Origin: Acidimicrobiia bacterium | GTDB taxonomy: Bacteria; Actinomycetota; Acidimicrobiia; Spongiisociales; ZC4RG35 | Length of the DNA: 64,000 nt | Reading direction: 5' to 3' | Assembly (NCBI GenBank): GCA_025928935.1 | Contig: JAICNB010000003.1 | Coordinates: 10,802-74,801, forward strand | In this document: positions 1-8,990 of the stretch, piece after piece | Position numbering within the stretch: the first letter of the stretch is position 1 | Layout of the letters: every line of letters begins with the position of its first letter | Made by a program: the position numbers and the translations under genes | The notes under the pieces: model-generated | What the model was told of the DNA's origin: nothing | What the model saw: only the letters and a program-made list of their open reading frames with translations | Database searches by the model: none

Positions 1-425
1 CCGCATTGATGCCGATCGTGGCGACGCTGGGCGGGAACGGGGGCAACCAGAGCCTGGCCGTGATGATCCGCTCGCTCGCCTCCGACGACGTTCCCCGGGC
101 CCAGGTCACCTCGATACTCGCCCGGCAGGCAGGAGTCGGGTTGCTCAACGGCCTGCTCCTTGCGGTCGCCGCCTCGGGACTCACCTACGTGCTGGTCGAT
201 TCCGGGGTGTTCCAGAGCATTTCGACGCCCACGGAGGTGGCGTTCGTAGTCGGGCTGGCCTGCCTGGCCAACCTGTTCATCGCCACCCTTGCCGGTTCGG
301 CGATCCCCCTCATCCTGCGTCGCCTGGGGCTCGACCCGGCGCTGGCCTCGTCGATACTGCTGACGATGATCACCGACCTGGTCGGGTTCGGGGGCTTTCT
401 CCTGGTCGCCGCAGCTCTGCTCTAG
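1..425 (+). CDS. mgtE: Mg2+ transporter MgtE, C-terminal membrane domain (5' end outside window)
   Basis: The ORF is open to the window edge in the frame of 6..425. The TM sequence PIVATLGGNGGNQSLAVMIRSL...ITDLVGFGGFL matches the conserved MgtE channel module. Stop is TAG 423..425. Confidence 0.8.
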   Translation, partial: ALMPIVATLGGNGGNQSLAVMIRSLASDDVPRAQVTSILARQAGVGLLNGLLLAVAASGLTYVLVDSGVFQSISTPTEVAFVVGLACLANLFIATLAGSAIPLILRRLGLDPALASSILLTMITDLVGFGGFLLVAAALL

Positions 426-943
426 CTTCCGATGACCACGTCCGGTGATTCGGCGAAGGGGCCCTGGAAGACGACGACGCCGGCGTTCTGAACGCTGGCG
501 AAGTGATGCTGGTCGATGAGCTCGGTCTCCTCTTCGGTCCGCTCGGCCTCCGGCTTGCGGTAGGCCACGACCGCGGCGGCATCGTCGAAGATCTCGGCGC
601 CATAGGTCACGGTCCCGTTGTCGACCAGGCCGACCGTGAAGTTCTCCATGTCCACGTCGGTGTACGCACCTGGTGGGATCACGATGAACAAGGTCTCACC
701 TGCCGGATCCGAGACACGGGCCACAACCTCGTATCCGCTCACCGATTGGCCGACAAGGGTGGTCGAGGTCGCCGAGGCATCTGCCGGTGCCGTCGTGGTG
801 CTCGCCCCGGCATCGACCGAGGTCGCGCTGGAGATGAGGGACGATGTCGTGCTTAGCTCCGTGGTCTCCCCGTCGTCGCACGCGCCGAGCACCAGGAGCA
901 GCGCGCCCACGAGTGAGAGACGGAGCGCTCGTGAGGGGGTCAT
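422..943 (-). CDS. secreted lipoprotein, unknown function
   Basis: Signal peptide with lipobox (LLLVLGAC) followed by a Ser/Thr-rich linker. No catalytic motif recognised. Its stop overlaps the mgtE stop inside the palindrome CTAG. Confidence 0.6.
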   Translation of the reverse strand: MTPSRALRLSLVGALLLVLGACDDGETTELSTTSSLISSATSVDAGASTTTAPADASATSTTLVGQSVSGYEVVARVSDPAGETLFIVIPPGAYTDVDMENFTVGLVDNGTVTYGAEIFDDAAAVVAYRKPEAERTEEETELIDQHHFASVQNAGVVVFQGPFAESPDVVIGS

Positions 944-1003
944 GAGTTGTCAAACGTACCCCACCTGCTGGCAGTTCCAAACCTGCAGTTAAGGTTGCCC
1001 CCG

Positions 1004-2443
1004 ATGTACGGCAGACGGACGGCCGCGCTGTTGGTCGCGTCCGCTTTGGTCACCGGGCTCTATTTCGTGAGTACCCGACCGGAGCCGGCGGCCGCGGCGG
1101 AGATGTGCCCCCCGGTGACTCTCGACGTCCTCTTCCCCCCCACCACACTGCCACCCGAGACGACGACGACTGTCCCGGCACCCACCACGGCTCCTCCGGC
1201 CACCACCACGACCGCGCCGGCGACGACCACCCTTCCCGCGCCCACCACCACCGCACCCACCACCACGACCACCGTCGGTGACGGCGAGACCACCACCACC
1301 GGGCCGGAGCCAACGACCACCACGCTTGCTCCCACCACGACCTCGCCCCCGCTCACCACCGCGACCACCGTTCCCCCCACCACGACAACGGTGCCCACCA
1401 CTACGACTGTGCCGCCCCCTCCACCTTGTGATCCCTTCGTCTATGACATGGCCTGGCCCCTCACCGGGGTGGGCCGCATCGGCTCGGAGTTCGGCGCCGA
1501 CCGTGACGGGGGAGCGCGGAAGCACGAAGGGAACGACATAGCCGCCACCAAGCTCACCCCGGTGGTGGCTGTCGCCGATGGTGTGGTCACCCGTGTCGTC
1601 CAGGAGCAGGGCACACCCAACTGCTGCTACGCCATCATCGGGCACACCGACGGTTGGTCGTCCTATTACATCCATCTCAACAACGATCTGTTCGGCACCG
1701 ACGATGGCCTCGGGGTGGGAGTGCGGACCGATCTGGTGCCTGGAGCCCCCGTCGTGCGGGGCGAGGTGATCGGCTGGGTGGGTGACTCGGGCAACGCCGA
1801 GGATACGATCGACCACCTCCACTTCGAGCTGCACGATCCCGAAGGGCTGGCTGTCGACCCACGTCCCAGCCTCCTCGCCGCTCAGTCGGCCATGGCGTTC
1901 GCCGATCCGCAACCGGGTTGGCCCTACGCCGACGACGACGGCCGGGCAGGGGAGGCGGCGGCAGCGTTGCTCTTGACCCGCGGCATCCTGCTCGGCTGCG
2001 ACGGCTCTTCTTTGAATTTCTGCCCCGACCAACTGGCCGACCCGCAATTCGCGGCTGTCGTCGCCGATCACTACGCAGGAAAGATGACCCCGCGACTGGA
2101 GGGCAAGTACCAGCCGGTCACGGGGACCGCCGGATGTCCCCCGGTCGACAATTGCCTTCTCCACGGCCTGACCGAGGCAGACATCGCCCGACTCGCCGTC
2201 TGGATTCGGATCGACGCCCTGATCTCGACCCTTCGTCCAGCCGCCGGGACCGAGGATGTGCGCGAGGTGTTCCTGCCGACGGCCGAGGAGGCCGATGCGA
2301 AGCTACGAGGCATAGGGGCACGGGGAGTCTGCAACCCGCCGCTGGATCAGGCCAGGGTCCTGACCAGGGACGAAGCCGTGCATCGCCTGGTCAGCTGGAT
2401 GTCCGGCCAGAACCCTGAGCCCTGCCCTCCTCCCGGTCAGTAG
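1004..2443 (+). CDS. M23/LytM family metallopeptidase with long Pro/Thr linker
   Basis: N-terminal TM anchor (TAALLVASALVTGLYFV), a ~100-aa Pro/Thr-rich linker, then LytM motifs HEGNDI and DHLHFELH. ATG 1004 is preferred over the upstream TTG at 947. Confidence 0.8.
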   Translation: MYGRRTAALLVASALVTGLYFVSTRPEPAAAAEMCPPVTLDVLFPPTTLPPETTTTVPAPTTAPPATTTTAPATTTLPAPTTTAPTTTTTVGDGETTTTGPEPTTTTLAPTTTSPPLTTATTVPPTTTTVPTTTTVPPPPPCDPFVYDMAWPLTGVGRIGSEFGADRDGGARKHEGNDIAATKLTPVVAVADGVVTRVVQEQGTPNCCYAIIGHTDGWSSYYIHLNNDLFGTDDGLGVGVRTDLVPGAPVVRGEVIGWVGDSGNAEDTIDHLHFELHDPEGLAVDPRPSLLAAQSAMAFADPQPGWPYADDDGRAGEAAAALLLTRGILLGCDGSSLNFCPDQLADPQFAAVVADHYAGKMTPRLEGKYQPVTGTAGCPPVDNCLLHGLTEADIARLAVWIRIDALISTLRPAAGTEDVREVFLPTAEEADAKLRGIGARGVCNPPLDQARVLTRDEAVHRLVSWMSGQNPEPCPPPGQ

Positions 2444-3243
2444 ACGCGCTGGTAGTACCGACGGGCGAGGTCGGCCGTCACCGATCCCTCCGGGAATACC
2501 GTCGAACCGACAGCCGAGACCGGTTGTATCTCCCGAACCGTGGAGAGGGCCATCGTTTCCTGGGCCAGCTCGAGCCGGTCGAGCGGCCAGCTTCCCTGCA
2601 CCACCTCTACCCCCAGCTCGTCTGCCAGCTCGAGCATCACCCTCCGAGTGATGGAGTCGAGGATCCCCAACTCGAGGCCTGGTGTCTCCAAGACCCCGTC
2701 TACCACCCACGCCACCGAGAAGGTCGGCCCCTCGAGCACGACCCCATCGGCGGTGGTGAGCAGAGCGTCGTCGAATCCCTCGGCCACCGCTCGCCTGCTG
2801 GCGGAGAGGTTGGGGGCATAGGAGAGCACCTTGGCGCCGGCCAGCTCCCAATCGGCGCCGGCGGCGTGCCAGGGCGCCTCGACCGGGAGAAGGCGGGCCG
2901 GGCCTTCGCCCTTGACCCAGTCATGGGCGAACACCACGGTCAGTGGCTCCTGGGTCGCGCCAGGCACTGCGGAGCCTCTCGTCACGACCACCCTCACCAC
3001 GCCTTCGGGACAGCCCGCCGCGATGCCCTCGATCCAGCTGCTGAGGTCCTCACGGCTCGGGATGGCGATCTCGAGTGCCATGGCACTTCGCTCGAGACGG
3101 TCGAGGTGGGAATCCAGGGCGAAGGGACGCCCGGAGTAGGCCTTGATCACCTCGAAACATCCGTCACCACGGAGGACGGAGGAGTCGCTGACGGGGACCA
3201 TCCCGTTGGACTCCACCCCGTTGATCAGCACTCGAGGGGTCAT
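2437..3243 (-). CDS. fold-type IV PLP aminotransferase (IlvE / PabC / D-amino-acid aminotransferase family)
   Basis: 268-aa ORF with a class IV aminotransferase pattern (RGDGCFEVIKAY, LEGPTFSV, GILDSITR). The subfamily cannot be resolved by eye. Confidence 0.75.
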   Translation of the reverse strand: MTPRVLINGVESNGMVPVSDSSVLRGDGCFEVIKAYSGRPFALDSHLDRLERSAMALEIAIPSREDLSSWIEGIAAGCPEGVVRVVVTRGSAVPGATQEPLTVVFAHDWVKGEGPARLLPVEAPWHAAGADWELAGAKVLSYAPNLSASRRAVAEGFDDALLTTADGVVLEGPTFSVAWVVDGVLETPGLELGILDSITRRVMLELADELGVEVVQGSWPLDRLELAQETMALSTVREIQPVSAVGSTVFPEGSVTADLARRYYQRVY

Positions 3244-3253
3244 GACGGCGGCC

Positions 3254-4912
3254 TCACCCCAATCGTGGGGTGTGCCGGTTGGTGATCGGCAGCCGGCGGT
3301 CCTTTCCGAACGCCTTGACCGTGATCTTGACCCCGGGGGCCGCCTGACGACGCTTGTACTCGTTGCGATCGACCATGCCCGCCACCCGGCTCACCAGATC
3401 GGGGTCGAAGCCCTGCTCGACGATCTCGGCGACCCCCACGTCTGACTCGACATAGAGGGCGAGGATCTCGTCGAGGACCTCGTAGGGCGGAAGGCTGTCC
3501 GAGTCCTTCTGGTTCGGCCGCAGCTCCGCCGACGGCGGCTTGTCCATGGTGCTCTGCGGGATGACATCGCCGTCCTTGTTGCGCCATCGAGCCAGGTCGT
3601 ACACGAGCGTCTTGAACACATCCTTCAACACCGAATAGCCCCCGACCATGTCGCCATAGAGGGTGGAGTACCCCGCTGCCATCTCTGACTTGTTGCCGGT
3701 GGCGATGACCATCGGGCCGTGCTTGTTCGAGATCGCCATCAGCATCGCCCCTCTCGCCCGGGCCTGGAGGTTCTCCTCGGCGGTGCCGAAGTCGGTCCCG
3801 GCGAAGACCGGGGCGAGCGTCTCGAGGAACGACGAGTACACCCCTTCGATGGGGAGTAGGTCGAATCTGATCCCCAGGTTCTCGGCCAGCGCCCTCGCGT
3901 CGTCGATCGAGTGTTGTGAGGAGAAGCGGGAAGGCATGGCCACACCCCACACCGCCTCCGGGCCGAGTGTGTCCGCGGCGATCACCGCGGTGAGAGCAGA
4001 GTCGATGCCACCCGAGAGGCCAATCACCACCTGCCCGAAGCCGTTCTTTCGCACGTAATCGCCCAGGCCGGTCTCGAGGGCCCGGTAGACCTCCTCCTCG
4101 GCCCCGAGGTGCTCGGTGACCGATCCAGGGGTGGCTACCTCCCCTCGCAGGGGGAGGTCGACAATGAAAGTGCCCTCCTCGAACTGCGGTGAGCGGTGGA
4201 CGATGGTGCCGTCGGCAGCAACGGCGAGCGAGCAGCCATCGAACACCAACTCGTCCTGGCCTCCAACCAGGTTGAGATAGACCACGGGCACCTCAGACGC
4301 ACGTGCCCGCTCCACGATCATCGCCTCCCGCTCACGCGCCTTTCCCTTGTGAAACGGGGACGCATTGATGTTGAAGAGCACCTCCGCCCCGGCATCCGCC
4401 TGGGCCTTGGGCGGGCCGTCCGGCAGCCAGATGTCCTCACAGATCGACACGCCGGCCTTGAGCGGGCCCAGGTCCCAGACCTGGGCCGGATCTCGTCCGA
4501 CTGCGAAGTAGCGGTCCTCGTCGAAAACGCCGTAGTTGGGGAGCAGGACCTTGTGATAGATGCCGGCCACGGCACCGTCACGGAGGACGGCGGCGCCATT
4601 GGCGACACGTCTGTCCTCAGCGTCAGCTGCACCACGCGACGGCCCATCCGATCGGTCCACGAACCCGACGACGACCGTGGTGTTGCCGGACTTCGTGGCG
4701 AGCCGCTCCAGTGCTTCGAGGCCCGCCGACACGAAATCCGGGCGCAGCACGAGGTCTTCCGGGGGATAGCCGTTGATGGCGAGCTCGGGCAGGAGCAGGA
4801 CGTCGGCCTTCTCTGCCTCCGCCCACGCCATGGCCTCGGCGATCCGCTCCTCGTTGCCCGCGATGTCGCCGACGCAGAGATTCAGCTGGGCCCCGGCGAC
4901 ACGTACTGGCAC
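3254..4912 (-). CDS. nadE: glutamine-dependent NAD+ synthetase
   Basis: N-terminal CN-hydrolase domain (LLLPELAINGYPPEDL, GVSICEDIW) plus a C-terminal NAD synthetase domain with SGGIDS. GTG 4912 is chosen as start; the longer ORF to 5077 overlaps glnE and has a non-protein-like N-terminus. Confidence 0.9.
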   Translation of the reverse strand: MPVRVAGAQLNLCVGDIAGNEERIAEAMAWAEAEKADVLLLPELAINGYPPEDLVLRPDFVSAGLEALERLATKSGNTTVVVGFVDRSDGPSRGAADAEDRRVANGAAVLRDGAVAGIYHKVLLPNYGVFDEDRYFAVGRDPAQVWDLGPLKAGVSICEDIWLPDGPPKAQADAGAEVLFNINASPFHKGKAREREAMIVERARASEVPVVYLNLVGGQDELVFDGCSLAVAADGTIVHRSPQFEEGTFIVDLPLRGEVATPGSVTEHLGAEEEVYRALETGLGDYVRKNGFGQVVIGLSGGIDSALTAVIAADTLGPEAVWGVAMPSRFSSQHSIDDARALAENLGIRFDLLPIEGVYSSFLETLAPVFAGTDFGTAEENLQARARGAMLMAISNKHGPMVIATGNKSEMAAGYSTLYGDMVGGYSVLKDVFKTLVYDLARWRNKDGDVIPQSTMDKPPSAELRPNQKDSDSLPPYEVLDEILALYVESDVGVAEIVEQGFDPDLVSRVAGMVDRNEYKRRQAAPGVKITVKAFGKDRRLPITNRHTPRLG

Positions 4913-4947
4913 ACCGCCACGATACGCCCCGTCATACCCTGTCGGCC

Positions 4948-7713
4948 GTGACCGAGCGACGGACCTCACCTCCGCCACCCGCGGACGCAGCGCGCCTCGC
5001 AGAGCTCGTGCCAGATGAGCGAGCGGCCGCGGAAATCGCCCAACTCGTGGCCAACGGTGCCGACCCGGGAGGCGCATGGGCCCGCCTGATCCCGATCATC
5101 GGGGCCGATCCCGGGATCGTGCGTGACGAGACCTCGATTCGGAGGGCGTCTGCTCTCGCCGGGGGCTCTCGTGCCTTGAGCCGGGCAGTGGCGCGCCACC
5201 CTGGTCTCTTGCGCGGAGTCGCTTCGGATGACTCGGTGCCATTCCTCGCCCGGGCCGCCCTGACACCGGTCGCAGCCGACGATCTCGCCGGGGTGCTCGA
5301 CCTCAGGGAGGCGACGGCCCGGTTCTCGGACGCAATGGACCGTCTGGCCGCCGACGTGCTGGCAAGGGCCCGGATCACCGTGTCGGCGCGTCACCAACTC
5401 GTGATGGATCTGCCGTTCGCCGTCATCGCCATGGGGAAGTGGGGGGGGCGCGAGCTGAATTACTCCTCTGACCTCGACGTGGTGCTGGTACACGACACTG
5501 CCGGCGACGATGAGACAGCCAGCCGTGGCACCGCTCTGGCCCTGGCCACGGCGTTCGTGACCGGGCTCTCCGCCAGGGCAGGGGATGGCTACGGGCTCAT
5601 CGTCGACGCCGATCTACGTCCGGAGGGCTCCATCGGCCCTCTCTCCCGGAGCCTGGCCTCCTACTCCCAGTACTACGCCAGATGGGGTGAGCCATGGGAG
5701 CTCCAGGCGTTGCTCAAGGCCCGGCCCGCTGCGGGTGACGAAGAGCTAGGCGACAGGTTCATGTCGATGGTGGAGAAGGTCATCTGGGAGGAGGGTCTCG
5801 ACGTCGATGCATTGCGCAGCATTCGAAGGCTGAAAGAGGAGGCCGAAGACGGCGCCCGGCCCTCGGATATCAAGAGATCCAGGGGTGGCATCCGTGACAT
5901 CGAGTTCTCGGTGCAGCTCCTCCAGATGGTGCACGGCCGGCTGGAGCCGGACCTGCGGGGACGGGCCACGCTCGACGCTCTGCAAGCCCTCACCGATTTC
6001 GGGTTCGTGGCCGAGGAGGATCGCAACAACCTCGACGGCGCCTACCGCTTCCTGCGCGACCTCGAGCATCGAATCCAGCTGTGGGATCTCCGGCAGACCC
6101 AGGACCTGCCCGCCGACCAAGAGCGTAGGGCTCAGCTGGGCCGCTCACTCGGGATGACCGACGACCCGGCCCGGCAACTCGATGAGAGGCTGGCCGAGGT
6201 TCGATCTGTGGTCCGGGATGTCCATGAACGTCTCTACTTCCGGCCCATCCTGGATGCGTTGGTGGGCTCGCCCAGCGCCAGGCTCGGCATCCAGGAGGCC
6301 GGTCTGCGGCTGGAGGCACTCGGGTTCCGCGACGTCACGGCCGCCCGTCGCGCCCTGGAGGACCTGACCGCCGGGCTCAGCCGGCGCTCCCGGGCCATGC
6401 ACCACGTCTTGCCCCTCATGCTCGACTGGCTCTCGTTGTCCCCCAATCCGGACCTGGGACTGGCTCAGCTCCGGATGGTGCTGGCCAACACCCCTGACCA
6501 CGCCGCCCTGGTGACCCTGCTCCAGGTCAATCCCCTGGCAGGAGAGCGTCTCTGCCGTCTCCTCGGGACGAGCCGGCTCATCGGCGACCTCATCGACCGC
6601 ATCCCTGAGTTCGTGCCACGTCTGGCCGATGAGCGACTGCTCGGCCAGATTCGCGGCGCTTCCGAGGAAACGAAGCGGCTCGTCGGCCTGCTCGAGTCAC
6701 GGCCCAATTCCGATGCCAGGATCGGCACCATCCGGCGCATGGCCCGAAGGAGGAAGCTCCGGATCGCAGCCAGGGACATCCTCGACCAGGCAGACACCGT
6801 CACCACCCTTCGCTCTCTCACAGACAGCGCCGATGCCGCCGTGGGGGGCGCCCTCTACGTGGCCGCCGACGGCGACCCGACCGGGTTCTCCGTGGTGGCG
6901 ATGGGGAAATGGGGAGGAGGCGAGCTGTCCTACGGATCGGATCTCGACGTCATCTACGTCTTCGACGACGAGACACGTCGAGATTGGGCGCTGCGCATCC
7001 CCACCGACATGGCCAGAGTGCTGTCCGAGCCGAGCCGCCACGGCGAGGCCTATGCCCTGGACGCAGAGCTCAGGCCGGAGGGACGGAAAGGGCCGATGGC
7101 GAGGACGCTGGAGAGCTACCGCCGCTATTACGAGGAGTGGGCGGAGCCATGGGAGATGCTGGCCCTGGTAAAGGCACGAGTCGTGGCGGGTGACGTCGAG
7201 GTCGGCGGGGCTTGGTCGGACATTGTCGATGGCTTCGTATGGCGACCCCACCTCCCGGCGGAGTACCTGCGCTCCATCCGAGAGATCAAAGCCAGGGTCG
7301 AGAAGGAGCGGATCCCGACGGGCGAGGATCCCGACTATCACCTCAAACTTGGACCGGGGAGCATCAGCGACATCGAGTTCCTCACCCAGCTGCTCCAGCT
7401 ACGTCACGGTGGGCAGGCAAGCCGGCTTCGTGTCCCTGGGACGCTGGCCGCCCTGGAGTTGCTCTCGGCGGAGGGGATCCTGGAGCCTCGAGAGCAGGCC
7501 GCATTGAGCGAGTCGTATCTGTTCTGCACCAGGGTTCGTCTCCGTCTCCATCTCCAGATGGGCCGTGCCGTCGACTCACTGCCCACCGGCCCCGAGGAGC
7601 TGCGCAGTCTGGGGGCCTCGCTCGGATTCGATCGGGCCTCCGAGCTCCGGGAGGAGTACCGCCGGGTCACCCGACGCGCCCGCCAGGTGTTCCAAACCCG
7701 CTTCTACGAGTGA
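4948..7713 (+). CDS. glnE: bifunctional glutamine synthetase adenylyltransferase / adenylyl-removing enzyme
   Basis: 921 aa with two tandem nucleotidyltransferase halves, each carrying a GKWGG-x-EL-x-Y-x-SDLDV motif (GKWGGRELNYSSDLDV and GKWGGGELSYGSDLDV). Confidence 0.9.
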   Translation: MTERRTSPPPPADAARLAELVPDERAAAEIAQLVANGADPGGAWARLIPIIGADPGIVRDETSIRRASALAGGSRALSRAVARHPGLLRGVASDDSVPFLARAALTPVAADDLAGVLDLREATARFSDAMDRLAADVLARARITVSARHQLVMDLPFAVIAMGKWGGRELNYSSDLDVVLVHDTAGDDETASRGTALALATAFVTGLSARAGDGYGLIVDADLRPEGSIGPLSRSLASYSQYYARWGEPWELQALLKARPAAGDEELGDRFMSMVEKVIWEEGLDVDALRSIRRLKEEAEDGARPSDIKRSRGGIRDIEFSVQLLQMVHGRLEPDLRGRATLDALQALTDFGFVAEEDRNNLDGAYRFLRDLEHRIQLWDLRQTQDLPADQERRAQLGRSLGMTDDPARQLDERLAEVRSVVRDVHERLYFRPILDALVGSPSARLGIQEAGLRLEALGFRDVTAARRALEDLTAGLSRRSRAMHHVLPLMLDWLSLSPNPDLGLAQLRMVLANTPDHAALVTLLQVNPLAGERLCRLLGTSRLIGDLIDRIPEFVPRLADERLLGQIRGASEETKRLVGLLESRPNSDARIGTIRRMARRRKLRIAARDILDQADTVTTLRSLTDSADAAVGGALYVAADGDPTGFSVVAMGKWGGGELSYGSDLDVIYVFDDETRRDWALRIPTDMARVLSEPSRHGEAYALDAELRPEGRKGPMARTLESYRRYYEEWAEPWEMLALVKARVVAGDVEVGGAWSDIVDGFVWRPHLPAEYLRSIREIKARVEKERIPTGEDPDYHLKLGPGSISDIEFLTQLLQLRHGGQASRLRVPGTLAALELLSAEGILEPREQAALSESYLFCTRVRLRLHLQMGRAVDSLPTGPEELRSLGASLGFDRASELREEYRRVTRRARQVFQTRFYE

Positions 7714-7720
7714 TCCGTGA

Positions 7721-7771
7721 CGAAATTGGGAGCTTCCGATGCCACATGCGTCACTGCGGCTCCCAATTTCG
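7721..7771. repeat. intergenic palindromic element, copy 1 of 3
   Basis: Perfect 13-bp inverted repeat, CGAAATTGGGAGC (7721..7733) and GCTCCCAATTTCG (7759..7771), with a 25-nt spacer containing ATGCG. It shares arms and core with the copies at 17642 and 57006. Confidence 0.7.
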
Positions 7772-7796
7772 ACAGCGGGCGCAATAGCCTGCGGGC

Positions 7797-8954
7797 ATGA
7801 TCGATCGTGAGCGCCTCCAAGCCCTGGTCGAAGGGATCGTTCCCCAGGCCGTAGAGCTGAGGCGTCTGCTCCATCGACACCCGGAGCCGGCCAACGAGGA
7901 ACACCGGACCACGGCCTTGATCGCTTCCTCGCTCGACGAGAACGGCATCACCTATCACGATCGGAAGCCCCGGACCGGTCTCTGGCTGGATATCGGGCCG
8001 GAGCCCCGGATCGCGTACCGGGCCGATCTGGACGCCCTCCCCATCGACGAGCCCGAGGAGAACACCCCTCGCTCACAGAACCCGGGCTGGATGCATGCGT
8101 GCGGACACGATGCCCATGCTGCGATCGCCTTTGGCATCGCCGTCGCCCTACGCAACCTCGACCCACCGTCCGGAGTGCGGATCCTGTTCCAGCCCGCGGA
8201 AGAGGCGTTCCCGGGCGGCGCCGGCCAGTTCGTAGATGAGGGCCTCGTCGACGGTCTCAAGGGGATCATGGCATTCCATATCGACCCGTCCCTGCAGACC
8301 GGCAAGGTGGGGAGCAGGGTCGGGCCGATAACAGCCAGTGCCGACAAGTTCACCCTCGTCCTGGAGGGGCCGGGTGGCCACACCGCCCGTCCCCATCAGA
8401 CGGTCGACCTCATCGCCGACGCAGCGCGTCTCGTCCATGAGCTGCCCGGTGTCCTGAGGAGGACCGTCGACGCCCGCAGCATCCTGACCGTGGCCTTTGG
8501 CTCGATCCAGGGCGGGACCACGTCGAATGTCATACCGACCCGGGTCGAGTTGCAGGGGACGGCCCGCACTCTCGATCGCGCCCTCTGGGATGTCCTTCCA
8601 GGTCTCATGGACAAAGCGGTGGGGAGTCTGATGGCATGGTCCGGGGCCAGATACTCCCTCGACTACGTCCAGGCCATCCCTCCTGTGGTCAACGATCACG
8701 CCGTGGTCCACGCCGCGACCACGGCGATCTCGGACCTGCTCGGTGACGCAGTCGTGGTGCCGACCGAGCCCTCGATGGGCGGAGAGGACTTCGCCAACTA
8801 TCTGTCGGTTGCTCCGGGTGCACTACTCCGGCTCGGGTCATCGGGGAGAGGACACGACCTGCACTCGCCGGGCTTCAGTCTGGACGAGGGGACGATCGGT
8901 GTCGGCATACGGGCCGGCGTCGCCGCGGTGATTGGTCTGATCGACGGTCTCTGA
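7797..8954 (+). CDS. M20 family amidohydrolase (N-acyl-amino-acid amidohydrolase / hippurate hydrolase type)
   Basis: 385 aa carrying LHRHPEPANEEH, MHACGHDAH, FQPAEE and GGEDF, which are typical M20D motifs. Confidence 0.85.
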   Translation: MIDRERLQALVEGIVPQAVELRRLLHRHPEPANEEHRTTALIASSLDENGITYHDRKPRTGLWLDIGPEPRIAYRADLDALPIDEPEENTPRSQNPGWMHACGHDAHAAIAFGIAVALRNLDPPSGVRILFQPAEEAFPGGAGQFVDEGLVDGLKGIMAFHIDPSLQTGKVGSRVGPITASADKFTLVLEGPGGHTARPHQTVDLIADAARLVHELPGVLRRTVDARSILTVAFGSIQGGTTSNVIPTRVELQGTARTLDRALWDVLPGLMDKAVGSLMAWSGARYSLDYVQAIPPVVNDHAVVHAATTAISDLLGDAVVVPTEPSMGGEDFANYLSVAPGALLRLGSSGRGHDLHSPGFSLDEGTIGVGIRAGVAAVIGLIDGL

Positions 8955-8990
8955 TCTGGCGGGCCCCCGCCCCTCCTGTACGATCCGGCG

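Noticed and set aside
419-426. Convergent mgtE and lipoprotein genes sharing their stop codons within the palindrome CTAG.
   Set aside because: This is a trivial consequence of compact gene packing. No structure or repeat is associated with it.
1130-1420. Repetitive ACC/CCG-rich DNA as a possible CRISPR or tandem-repeat array.
   Set aside because: There is no regular repeat-spacer periodicity. The region is in frame inside the M23 peptidase and encodes a Pro/Thr linker.
989-2164. Long ORFs antisense to or overlapping real genes. Examples: 989..2164 -, 14555..15730 +, 15739..16809 +, 22112..22930 -, 23004..24347 -, 40966..42048 +, 53457..54326 +, 55998..56960 -, 62908..63987 -.
   Set aside because: Their translations are Arg/Gly/Pro/His-rich with no family motifs, and each lies opposite a strongly motif-supported gene. 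They are typical shadow ORFs of high-GC DNA.
4913-4947. 35-bp divergent gap between nadE and glnE as an unusual regulatory arrangement.
   Set aside because: Short divergent gaps with leaderless or GTG-start genes are common in actinobacteria. No repeat or palindrome was seen in the gap, and both start positions are themselves uncertain.
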